57,140 bases of DNA from Bacillota bacterium (GTDB lineage Bacteria > Bacillota > Clostridia > Oscillospirales > Ethanoligenentaceae), in assembly GCA_023391835.1 (NCBI GenBank), contig JAEWAE010000020.1, positions 1-57,140 on the forward strand, in the 5' to 3' direction. The notes under the pieces were generated by a model that was not told the origin of the DNA, searched no databases, and worked only from the letters and a program-made list of their open reading frames with translations. The translations under genes and the position numbers were made by a program. Below are positions 36,849 through 45,037 of this stretch, in pieces (position 1 is the first letter of the stretch; every line of letters starts with the position of its first letter).

Positions 36849-39281
36849 TCACGCCAGCTCTTCGGTATATTTTTTGATGTTGGAAGCGTTGGCAAACCGG
36901 GCGATCTCTCCGCCGCGGATGACGATAAGAGTCGGGGCCTGCCGCACGCCGAAATTCTGCACAAGCTCCGCGTTTTCTTCCGCGTCCACCGTCTGGTACC
37001 TGACCCCGGCCTTGTCGAGTATGGACTTGGCCATGCGGCAGTTGGGGCAGGTCTTGGTGGTGAAAAGATAGACCGCTTCCGCCTCGGCCGGCTTTTCCTC
37101 CGTCTTCTCGGCCGCGGGCTGCTCGGCCACGGGCTGCTCGGGCAGCGGGCCGGTGTGGGTCAGATTCGAATGCAGCGGGTCGAAAAGCTTGCGCTCGCGG
37201 TATTCTTCGGCCTTGCCGTCGTTCCAGTTCTGCACCGGGCGGTAATAGCCGGTAATGCGGCTGTAGACCTCGGCCGGCTTGCCGCATTTCGGGCAGGTGA
37301 ACTGCTCGCCCGCCAGATAGCCGTGATCTTTGCAGATGGAGTAGGTCGGCGACAGGGTGTAATAGGGCAAACGGTAATTTTCGGCGATTTTGCGCACCAG
37401 ATTGGCGGCCGATTTCCAATCCGGCAGCTTTTCGCCGAGGAAGGCGTGGAACACCGTGCCCGAGGTGTAAAGGGTCTGCAGATCGTCCTGCATATCCAGC
37501 GCTTCGAAAATGTCGGCGGTGTAGCCCACCGGCAGCTGCGAGGAGTTGGTGTAATAGGGTGTGTGACCTTTTTCGGAAGCCGTAATGATGTCGGGGTAGC
37601 GTTCCACATCGTGCTTGGCCAGACGATAAGATGTGGACTCCGCCGGGGTGGCTTCGAGGTTATACAGGTCGCCGTACTGTTCCTGATAGTCGGAAAGCCG
37701 CTCCCGCATGTGGTTGAGCACATCCTGGGTGAACTGCCTGGCCTTTTCGTGGGTCAAATCCTCGCGAATCCAGTTGGCGTTGAGGCAGGCCTCGTTCATA
37801 CCAATCAGCCCGATGGTGGAAAAATGATTCTCAAAGGTGCCGAGATAGCGCCTGGTGTAGGGGTACAGACCCTCCTTGAGCAGGCGGGTGATGATGGTGC
37901 GCTTGATTTTGAGGGAACGGGCCGCCACATCCATCATGTGATCCAGCCGCTCGTAAAAGTCCGCTTCGTTCTCGGCCAGATAGCCGATGCGGGGCATATT
38001 GATGGTCACAACGCCCACCGAGCCGGTGCTTTCGCCGCTGCCGAAAAAGCCGCCCGACTTCTTGCGCAGCTCCCGCAGATCCAGCCGCAGACGGCAGCAC
38101 ATGCTGCGCACGTCGTTGGGCTCCATGTCGCTGTTGATATAGTTGGAAAAATACGGTGTGCCGTATTTGGAGGCCATTTCAAACAGAAGCCGGTTGTTTT
38201 CGGTCTCGGACCAGTCGAAATCCTTGGTGATGGAGTAGGTGGGAATGGGGTATTGGAAGCCGCGGCCGTTGGCGTCGCCCTCGATCATGGTCTCGATGAA
38301 GGCCTTGTTGACCATATCCATCTCGGGCTTGCAGTCTTTATATTTGAAATCCATTTCCTTGCCGCCGACGATGGCCGGCAGCTCCGCCAGATCGTTCGGG
38401 ACCGTCCAATCCAGCGTAATGTTGGAAAACGGAGCCTGCGTGCCCCAGCGGCTGGGGGTATTCACGCCGTAGATGAAAGACTGGATGCAGTTTTTTACGT
38501 CGTAATACGAAAGATGATCTGCCTTGACAAACGGGGCGAGGTAGGTGTCGAAGGAAGAAAATGCCTGGGCGCCCGCCCACTCATTCTGCATGATGCCCAG
38601 GAAGTTGACCATCTGGTTGCACAGCGACACCAGATGCTTGGCGGGGGCGGAGGTGATCTTGCCGGGTACGCCGCCCAGACCCTCCTGGATCAGCTGTTTA
38701 AGGCTCCAGCCCGCGCAGTAGCCGGTGAGCATCGACAGGTCATGGATGTGCATATCCGCGTTGCGGTGGGCGTCCGCGATCTCTTCGTCATAAATTTCCG
38801 ACAGCCAGTAATTGGCGGTGATGGCGCCCGAGTTGCTCAGGATCAGGCCGCCCACCGAATAGGTGACGGTGGAATTTTCCTTCACCCGCCAGTCGGTAAG
38901 TTTGACATAGCTGTCGACCACCTGCTTGTAATCGAGAATGGTCGATTTCATGTTGCGGATCTTTTCCCGCTGTTTGCGGTAAAGGATATAGCATTTTGCC
39001 ACGTCGCTGTAGCCCGCCTGGCTGAGCACCGACTCGACGCTGTCCTGGATGGCTTCGACGCCGATGCGGCCTTCCTGGATCTTCGACTCGTAATCCGATG
39101 TCACTTTCAGCGCCAGCAGGTCGATAATGTCGGGGTTATACTGTTTTTCCATCGCGTCGAACGCTTTGCGAATGGCGGTACTGATTTTGGAAAGATTAAA
39201 ATCCACCACAGCCCCGTCGCGCTTCACTACCTGATACATCTGTCGACCCTTCCTCTTCATTGTCGTTTTACATTCCGTCAA
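36849..39281 (-). CDS. nrdD: anaerobic ribonucleoside-triphosphate reductase (class III RNR) with N-terminal ATP-cone and fused C-terminal glutaredoxin/NrdH-like thioredoxin-fold domain
   Basis: The domain order is ATP-cone (MYQVVKRDGAVVDFNLSKISTAIRKAF), then the NrdD core with zinc ribbon (CPKCG) and glycyl-radical motif RITGYY. An acidic linker then leads into a CPNC thioredoxin-fold domain (…VYLFTTKTCPNCRMAKSILDKAGV…). Confidence 0.9.
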   Translation of the reverse strand: MTECKTTMKRKGRQMYQVVKRDGAVVDFNLSKISTAIRKAFDAMEKQYNPDIIDLLALKVTSDYESKIQEGRIGVEAIQDSVESVLSQAGYSDVAKCYILYRKQREKIRNMKSTILDYKQVVDSYVKLTDWRVKENSTVTYSVGGLILSNSGAITANYWLSEIYDEEIADAHRNADMHIHDLSMLTGYCAGWSLKQLIQEGLGGVPGKITSAPAKHLVSLCNQMVNFLGIMQNEWAGAQAFSSFDTYLAPFVKADHLSYYDVKNCIQSFIYGVNTPSRWGTQAPFSNITLDWTVPNDLAELPAIVGGKEMDFKYKDCKPEMDMVNKAFIETMIEGDANGRGFQYPIPTYSITKDFDWSETENNRLLFEMASKYGTPYFSNYINSDMEPNDVRSMCCRLRLDLRELRKKSGGFFGSGESTGSVGVVTINMPRIGYLAENEADFYERLDHMMDVAARSLKIKRTIITRLLKEGLYPYTRRYLGTFENHFSTIGLIGMNEACLNANWIREDLTHEKARQFTQDVLNHMRERLSDYQEQYGDLYNLEATPAESTSYRLAKHDVERYPDIITASEKGHTPYYTNSSQLPVGYTADIFEALDMQDDLQTLYTSGTVFHAFLGEKLPDWKSAANLVRKIAENYRLPYYTLSPTYSICKDHGYLAGEQFTCPKCGKPAEVYSRITGYYRPVQNWNDGKAEEYRERKLFDPLHSNLTHTGPLPEQPVAEQPAAEKTEEKPAEAEAVYLFTTKTCPNCRMAKSILDKAGVRYQTVDAEENAELVQNFGVRQAPTLIVIRGGEIARFANASNIKKYTEELA

Positions 39282-39433
39282 GCCCCTCGGGATGCCGCTG
39301 CAAAAGCCGTACCCCCCAGGTTATCGGCGCCGGCGCGGCCTTTTCCACCCCGCGGCCGAAAACACCGGAGAACCGCACCGTTGCGCCGCTCCCCGGGTCA
39401 TGCCCCCGTCATGGGGGATGTTATTGAATTGAA

Positions 39434-39449
39434 GCGCTATATATTGTGC
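39434..39449. promoter_or_regulatory. NrdR-box-like palindrome GCGCTATATATTGTGC just downstream of nrdD promoter -10 (minus-strand TGTTATAAT at 39464-39472)
   Basis: Matches 13 of 16 positions of the NrdR consensus acaCwAtATaTwGtgt. The minus-strand extended -10 TGTTATAAT and a -35 TTGTGC at 17-nt spacing were read directly. Confidence 0.35.
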
Positions 39450-39526
39450 TTTATTGCTGCTATATTATAACACGGCCAGGCGGCCCGCACAAGACATAAC
39501 GCCAGTTTATTTTCTTCCTTCTCTTC

Positions 39527-39562
39527 AAAAAAACGGAGCACCCCAATGGAGCGCTCCCCAAA
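39527..39562 (-). terminator. terminator-like hairpin + T-run after the 39581..40240 gene
   Basis: GGAGC…GCTCC stem followed by a T7 run on the minus strand. Confidence 0.35.
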
Positions 39563-39580
39563 ATTGGTTGCGGCTTCCAC

Positions 39581-40240
39581 TCACGACAGCGGCGTGCCGC
39601 AGTATTCACAGGGGACGGTCCGGCCTGCCGGGATGACATTGCGGGCACCGCAGCCGGGGCAGACCGTTGCTTTCATCGCGGCCGTTTCCTGCACAACCGC
39701 TTCGGGTGTTTCCTCCGCCGGGGCCGGCCGGGGCTTCACAATCTCCCGGTCGGTGTCGTGGATATAGGCGCCGGCGAAATACCCGATGTCGATCATCTTC
39801 TGCAGATCCCGCCGTACGATTTCATAGGGCAGCGCCATAGCGGCCGCGATATTGTCCAGCGATGTCTGTTCCTGATTGATCACCAAGTCAATATATTTTC
39901 TATATTTTCGGGCGTTCGCTTTCATCCGGCGGGAAACAAACAGCAGGCACACTCCGCCGCCGCCGAAAAGGACCGTCGCCGCGATCATACCAAATACGGG
40001 GTCGCCGCCGCTCGACGTATCCAGATTGCCTGTCAAGCCGCCCAGAAGATAAAAAGCAGCCATGGCGATGAGGACCCAGCCGACGATGCCTACGGTTTTA
40101 CTGCTTTGGAAGGTGACGGACTTATCCTGCCCCATTTTCATACACAGCAGCACGAGCCCTACCGGCCAGAAGAGGACCAGAAGAATGACGACCGCTTTCC
40201 AGGATATACTTTTACTCTGAGACAGATGGGCGGACTTCAT
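39581..40240 (-). CDS. membrane protein with cytoplasmic wHTH-like segment (…EIVRRDLQKMIDIGYF…) and C-terminal zinc ribbon (CPGCG…CEYCG); paralog of next gene
   Basis: Two to three N-terminal TM helices and a C-terminal C-x2-C-x14-C-x2-C motif. A GAAGGGGGC SD lies upstream. Confidence 0.6.
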   Translation of the reverse strand: MKSAHLSQSKSISWKAVVILLVLFWPVGLVLLCMKMGQDKSVTFQSSKTVGIVGWVLIAMAAFYLLGGLTGNLDTSSGGDPVFGMIAATVLFGGGGVCLLFVSRRMKANARKYRKYIDLVINQEQTSLDNIAAAMALPYEIVRRDLQKMIDIGYFAGAYIHDTDREIVKPRPAPAEETPEAVVQETAAMKATVCPGCGARNVIPAGRTVPCEYCGTPLS

Positions 40241-40253
40241 GTCGTTGCCCCCT

Positions 40254-40817
40254 TCACTGCAGCTGAGTGCCGCAGTAATCGCATGTTCCCTGGATCCCCT
40301 TCGGGCGGGAATTGGCCGCGCCGCAGCCGGGGCAGGTCACCGTCTCCATCTCGGCCTCGGCGGTCTTTACCTGCACCCGCACCGGGTCGGCAGCCTCAGG
40401 CTGCGGCTGACCGATCACAATCAGGTCGTTGCCCCGGTCGATCTGCGCATTTGCAAAAAAGCGGGAATCGATCATCTTCTGCAGATCACGGGTGACAAAA
40501 TCCACAGACTGCGAGGAGGCGGTGGCAAGCTGGGTGATTGCAAAGATATGTTCCACCGAAATGAGATTGACATACTGTTTAAAACGGCGAAGCCTGCGCT
40601 TGGTCCGCCAACCGTACGCTGCTAGCAGAACTCCTGCCGCCGCGAAAGCGGCAAAAATCACCGCCAGCATCACCTGCGACCCGGGCGTCGCGCTCCCCGG
40701 GTCGGCCAGCACCACGATAAAACAGATCAGGAAAAAACCGCCGATCAGGTACCCGAAGATACTGGCCATCTTGCCCGCCACTTTGGCGGCCCCTACCGCC
40801 ACTTTAGACGTATCCAT
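40254..40817 (-). CDS. membrane protein with wHTH-like segment (…FVTRDLQKMIDSRFF…) and C-terminal zinc ribbon (CPGCG…CDYCG); paralog of previous gene
   Basis: It has the same architecture and shares motifs with the 39581..40240 gene. The ATG at 40817 follows AGAGGGGGA and lies 1 nt after the stop of the upstream gene. Confidence 0.6.
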   Translation of the reverse strand: MDTSKVAVGAAKVAGKMASIFGYLIGGFFLICFIVVLADPGSATPGSQVMLAVIFAAFAAAGVLLAAYGWRTKRRLRRFKQYVNLISVEHIFAITQLATASSQSVDFVTRDLQKMIDSRFFANAQIDRGNDLIVIGQPQPEAADPVRVQVKTAEAEMETVTCPGCGAANSRPKGIQGTCDYCGTQLQ

Positions 40818-40818
40818 C

Positions 40819-41499
40819 TCAAAATCCCCCTCTTCTGCCCGCATCCGGCCGCGTCAGCAGCTTCTGAAGCTGCTCCATGCTCCGCTCGATATCCGACGGG
40901 GGCGTGTCGGCACGCCCCAATGCCTGTTCCAGCTCAGCCATCCGTGTCCGTATTTCATCCGCCGGCCGATGCACGCCGGGCTGGCCGGCCAGACGGGCCG
41001 CTTCACTGAGCGCCCGCAGCCGGCCGCCATAAGGCGTTCCGCCGAAATCGGCCGTCAATCGGTTCAGCGCTGTCCCAATCGGCTCCATGGTTGAATCGGA
41101 GCCGGCATGGCGGTCAACGGCGGCAACCCGGATGGAAAAATACAGCAGCAGCACCGCCGCCAGCGCCGCCGCGGCAAACAGCAGCACACTGACCAGCACA
41201 AAGCGGTTCACATGGCGGCCGAACATGCCGGACAGACACGCGCACACCACCGTCGCAATGAAATAGAGCCCCAGCACCGTCGAAATCCCGGCGCGCGCCA
41301 GCAGTGGATGGAACGCCCCGGGCAAACGCCGAAGCGCCGCCACTCCCCCCAAAAGCATCGCTTCGGCAAAGAGCACCGTGCCCAGTGCCCAGCCCGTCAC
41401 AGCGGTCTTTGAAAAATCCGCCAGAAAATACACGCACAGGGTGGCCCCAATCAGGATGACTCCCGCGCACCACCCCAGCAGACTCCGGAGCTTATCCAT
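40819..41499 (-). CDS. polytopic membrane protein (4-5 TM) with C-terminal coiled-coil soluble region
   Basis: Hydrophobic N-terminal 140 aa, then a charged helical tail (…EIRTRMAELEQALGRAD…SMEQLQKLL…). A GGGAGAG SD precedes the ATG at 41499. Confidence 0.55.
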   Translation of the reverse strand: MDKLRSLLGWCAGVILIGATLCVYFLADFSKTAVTGWALGTVLFAEAMLLGGVAALRRLPGAFHPLLARAGISTVLGLYFIATVVCACLSGMFGRHVNRFVLVSVLLFAAAALAAVLLLYFSIRVAAVDRHAGSDSTMEPIGTALNRLTADFGGTPYGGRLRALSEAARLAGQPGVHRPADEIRTRMAELEQALGRADTPPSDIERSMEQLQKLLTRPDAGRRGGF

Positions 41500-41504
41500 T
41501 CCAT

Positions 41505-42818
41505 TCACTCTCCCTGCAGTCTTTCTCCGCATTCGGGGCAGAATTTTGGAGTGCCCGCGATCGTAGCGCCGCACTTGGGGCAGGCCTTGACCAGCGGCGC
41601 GCCGCACTCGGGGCAGAATTTTGCCGCGGGCTCAACGTCCGCACCACACTTGGGGCACTTTTTCGGCAGCGGCTTGCCGCACGCCGGGCACTTATCGGCG
41701 TCATCCGGCATATCGGCCCCGCAGGCCGGGCAGGGATGGTACGGTTTGCCGCATGCCGGGCAAAATTTTACCGTGCGGGCAAACAACGCACCGCATCGGC
41801 TGCAGGTCGCCCGGTCCGTATCCTTCGCTCCACCGGCCCCGGGCCCGGGCTGATCGGTGTCAAACCCGCAGTGGGGGCAAAAACGCGCATTCGGGTCCAT
41901 CACCGTCTGGCAGCGGGGGCACTGCCTGCTCTCGGCGGTGTGGATATTCCCGGCGATGCTGCCGGCCTGACTGCCGAACGCTCCGCCGATACCCACGCCC
42001 ATCCCCAGCCCGATACCGGCGCCCATCAGGCCCGACTGCCCGCTGCCCGGATTCGTGGCGGCGCCTTCCAGTGTATCGAATGAACGCTCCTGCACATAAT
42101 TGTAGCCGACGATATTCATTTCCGCCCGCTTGGCCAGAGCATCCTTGAGCTTTTTGACGGCGGAGTCGTCCTCCGGTACATTGATGTCGTTGACAAAAAA
42201 GTTGATCAGGTGGATGCCGTATTCGTCCAGAACCGGGACCATCCGTTGCTGGAGAAAATCGGAAATTTCCTCCAGATAGGCGTTTATTTCCAAAACGCTG
42301 ATTCCCTTTTGCACCAGATAGGACGAGATGGCGTCTTTCGCCTTGGTCAAATACAGCCCCCGGAAATATTGCACAATGTTGGTTTTGTCAAAGGTGGGCA
42401 GAGTACCCACCAGTCTGGTCAGGAAACGGCGGGAATCGCCGATCTGAACGCCGAACTGGCCATAGGACCGCACCGGCACAAACACCTGATATTTCGGGTC
42501 CTGCAGTTGGATGGGTGTGGGCGTGCCCCACTTGATATCAAGCGAAACGGCCTTGTTTATGTACCAGACCTCCGCCGTGAAAGGGGATCGTCCGCCAAAG
42601 GGCAGATTGACGAGCTTGCTGAGCAGCGGAATGTTGGCCGTTTCCAGCGTGTGCCGGCCGGGGCCGAGCACATCCATCGCCTGCCCGCCCTTAAACAGGA
42701 TCGCCTCCTGCGATTCGTTGACAATCAGCTGGGTCCAGGTGCCCAATTCCTCACTGGGGTATTTCCATGCAAACACATCGGGGTTGCCGTTGTATTTGAG
42801 CACTTCCACAATCGCCAT
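41505..42818 (-). CDS. SPFH/band-7 domain protein (YdjI/COG4260 'virion core protein'-like) with Gly-rich linker and five tandem C-terminal zinc ribbons
   Basis: The N-terminal roughly 250 aa match an SPFH fold (…AILFKGGQAMDVLGPGRHTLETANIPLL…). The C-terminus has 5x (C-x2-C-x10-12-C-x2-C). Confidence 0.8.
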   Translation of the reverse strand: MAIVEVLKYNGNPDVFAWKYPSEELGTWTQLIVNESQEAILFKGGQAMDVLGPGRHTLETANIPLLSKLVNLPFGGRSPFTAEVWYINKAVSLDIKWGTPTPIQLQDPKYQVFVPVRSYGQFGVQIGDSRRFLTRLVGTLPTFDKTNIVQYFRGLYLTKAKDAISSYLVQKGISVLEINAYLEEISDFLQQRMVPVLDEYGIHLINFFVNDINVPEDDSAVKKLKDALAKRAEMNIVGYNYVQERSFDTLEGAATNPGSGQSGLMGAGIGLGMGVGIGGAFGSQAGSIAGNIHTAESRQCPRCQTVMDPNARFCPHCGFDTDQPGPGAGGAKDTDRATCSRCGALFARTVKFCPACGKPYHPCPACGADMPDDADKCPACGKPLPKKCPKCGADVEPAAKFCPECGAPLVKACPKCGATIAGTPKFCPECGERLQGE

Positions 42819-42855
42819 AAAATCCCCGCCTTATTGTAATGAGCTTTCACGGCCA

Positions 42856-42897
42856 TTTCCTATTATAAGGAAGTCGGGATGGCATTACAATAGGAAA
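42856..42897 (-). promoter_or_regulatory. minus-strand promoter TTGTAA-N17-TATAAT for the SPFH operon, embedded in nested inverted repeats (ATTTCCTATT / CATTACAATA)
   Basis: Forward ATTATA (42862-42867) and TTACAA (42885-42890) give the -10 and -35 on the minus strand. The inverted-repeat arms were read directly. Confidence 0.4.
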
Positions 42898-43010
42898 TAC
42901 GCGTGCCCGGCACATTTCGGCCCCGATGCTCCGCCGGCCCTTTCTTGCTTTTTGGACGAAAACGGTTTATTCTGAAATTATATATCCGTCATCCGCAGGG
43001 AGGGTCTGTC

Positions 43011-43718
43011 GTGTACGAATTGCAAAGCCGGGTGTATGTGAGCCGTGCCGACGCCGGGGGGCGCATGAAATTTGCGGGTGCCGTCGAGATCATGCAGGAT
43101 TGCTCCCAGATGTGGCTGGAGTCCGAGCCGGCGTTCCGGCAGTTTTTGGCCGAGCGGGGGTTGGGGATGTTTCTGACGTCCCGTCAGGCCGACGTCGTCC
43201 GCCTGCCGCGCTATGGCGAGCCCTTCACCGTGCGCACCTCCATCTATGACGCCAACGCGTTTTTCGGCTACCGCAACACCGTGCTGTACGGCGGCGACGG
43301 GCAGCCTTGCGTGCGCAGCTGGTGCATAGGCGCCTTTGTGTCGCTGCAGACGGGGCGGCTTGCCCGTCTGCCCGCGGAACAGCGGGCGCGCATCACAATC
43401 GACCCCCGGGTGGATATGGAGTATCTGGATAAAAAAATCCCCGTGCCGGAGCTGCCCGGCCGGGAGACAGACCCGATCCCCGTCCGGCGCTCCGACATTG
43501 ACCTCAACCGCCACATGAACAACGCCCGCTATGTGGAAGCCGCCCTGGAGTGCCTGCCGGAGGATTTCTCCATCCGCCGCATGCGGGTGGAATACAAAAA
43601 GCCCGCGCGGTACGGCGACCGGCTTCACCCCCTGTGCATCGACACGGCGGACGGGACGCATCTGGTGCTGCTGCGCGACGACGCGGGCTCGCCGTATGCC
43701 GTGCTCGAATTTTCGTGA
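43011..43718 (+). CDS. acyl-[acyl-carrier-protein] thioesterase (FatA/FatB-like, double hotdog)
   Basis: Acyl-ACP thioesterase family pattern with the conserved catalytic region (…[12 protein letters not shown]…). A GTG start at 43011 follows GGAGGG, so the longer ORF-track start at 42903 is less likely. Confidence 0.75.
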   Translation: MYELQSRVYVSRADAGGRMKFAGAVEIMQDCSQMWLESEPAFRQFLAERGLGMFLTSRQADVVRLPRYGEPFTVRTSIYDANAFFGYRNTVLYGGDGQPCVRSWCIGAFVSLQTGRLARLPAEQRARITIDPRVDMEYLDKKIPVPELPGRETDPIPVRRSDIDLNRHMNNARYVEAALECLPEDFSIRRMRVEYKKPARYGDRLHPLCIDTADGTHLVLLRDDAGSPYAVLEFS

Positions 43719-43767
43719 CGCGGCGGATGTCCCGCCGGCTTCGGGCCGCAGAAAGGATGAATTCATC

Positions 43768-45021
43768 ATGGGAACCAGTTCTTCCCGCCGTTATACCATC
43801 GCGGTGGCCGGCACCGGCTACGTGGGGCTCTCGATCGCCGTGCTGCTGGCACAGCACCACAAGGTGTACGCCGTCGACATCCTGCCGGAAAAAGTCCGGC
43901 AGATCAACGCCGGGAAATCCCCCATTCTCGACCGGGAAATTCAGGATTTTCTGACCAACCGCAAGCTCGACCTGACCGCCACGCTGGATGGCGTCACCGC
44001 CTACCGGCAGGCGGATTTCGTAGTGATTTCCACCCCCACCAACTACGACCCGGATAAAGACTTTTTCGACACCAGCTCCGTGGAGTCGGTCATCGGACTT
44101 GTGACCAAGATAAACCCCCGGGCCGTGCTGGTGGTCAAATCCACCGTCCCGGTGGGCTTCTGCCGGGCGGCCCGGCGTAAATACGGCGCCGACCGGCTGC
44201 TGTTTTCGCCCGAGTTCCTGCGCGAGGGGCGGGCGCTTTACGACAACCTGCACCCCAGCCGCATCATCGTGGGCAGCCCCAAGGAGCAGCCGGAGCTCAA
44301 GGAGGCGGCCCGTGTGTTTGCCGGGCTGCTCGCCGAGGGCGCGGTGAAGGAGGACATACCCACGCTTTTCCCCGACCTGACGGAGGCGGAGGCCATCAAG
44401 CTGTTTGCCAACACCTATCTGGCGCTGCGGGTGAGCTTTTTTAACGAACTGGACACTTACGCCGAGGTGCGGGGGCTCAGCACCCGGCAGATCATCGAGG
44501 GCGTGGGGCTGGACCCGCGCATCGGCAATTTTTACAATAACCCGTCCTTCGGCTACGGCGGCTACTGCCTGCCCAAAGACACCAAGCAGCTGCTGGCCAA
44601 CTATAACGACGTGCCCCAGAATATCATCGGCGCCATCGTGGAGGCCAACCGTACCCGCAAGGATTTCATCGCCCATCAGGTGCTGGAAAAGGCCGGCTAC
44701 TCGCCCTCCAGCGACTACGACACCGCCCGCGAGAAGCACGTGGTCGTCGGCGTATACCGGCTGACGATGAAGGCGGGCAGTGATAATTTCCGCCAGTCCT
44801 CCATCCAGGGGGTCATGCGGCGCATCAAGGCCAAGGGTGCCGAGGTGATCGTCTATGAGCCCACGCTCAAAGACGGCACGACCTTTTTCGGCAGCCGCAT
44901 CGTCAACGATCTTGGGCGCTTCAAGGCGCTTTCCCAGGTCATCCTGGCCAACCGGTATCACGATGATCTGAAGGACGTGCGGGACAGGGTCTACACGCGG
45001 GATATTTACGCCAGGGATTGA
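43768..45021 (+). CDS. ugd: UDP-glucose 6-dehydrogenase (nucleotide-sugar dehydrogenase family)
   Basis: An N-terminal Rossmann GTGYVG and the catalytic Cys region ([10 protein letters not shown]) are present. The ATG at 43768 follows GAAAGGA. Confidence 0.85.
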   Translation: MGTSSSRRYTIAVAGTGYVGLSIAVLLAQHHKVYAVDILPEKVRQINAGKSPILDREIQDFLTNRKLDLTATLDGVTAYRQADFVVISTPTNYDPDKDFFDTSSVESVIGLVTKINPRAVLVVKSTVPVGFCRAARRKYGADRLLFSPEFLREGRALYDNLHPSRIIVGSPKEQPELKEAARVFAGLLAEGAVKEDIPTLFPDLTEAEAIKLFANTYLALRVSFFNELDTYAEVRGLSTRQIIEGVGLDPRIGNFYNNPSFGYGGYCLPKDTKQLLANYNDVPQNIIGAIVEANRTRKDFIAHQVLEKAGYSPSSDYDTAREKHVVVGVYRLTMKAGSDNFRQSSIQGVMRRIKAKGAEVIVYEPTLKDGTTFFGSRIVNDLGRFKALSQVILANRYHDDLKDVRDRVYTRDIYARD

Positions 45022-45037
45022 GCGGGAGGAGACGCGG

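Noticed and set aside
39456-39473. Second NrdR box (TGCTATATTATAACAC)
   Set aside because: The ACAC/GTGT arms are in the wrong orientation relative to the NrdR consensus. On the minus strand the element reads TGTTATAAT, which is better explained as the extended -10 of the nrdD promoter.
41505-41960. Periodic DNA repeats that might be taken for a CRISPR-like or VNTR array
   Set aside because: The periodicity is in-frame coding duplication of zinc-ribbon units. The unit sequences diverge, and there are no identical direct repeats with unique spacers.
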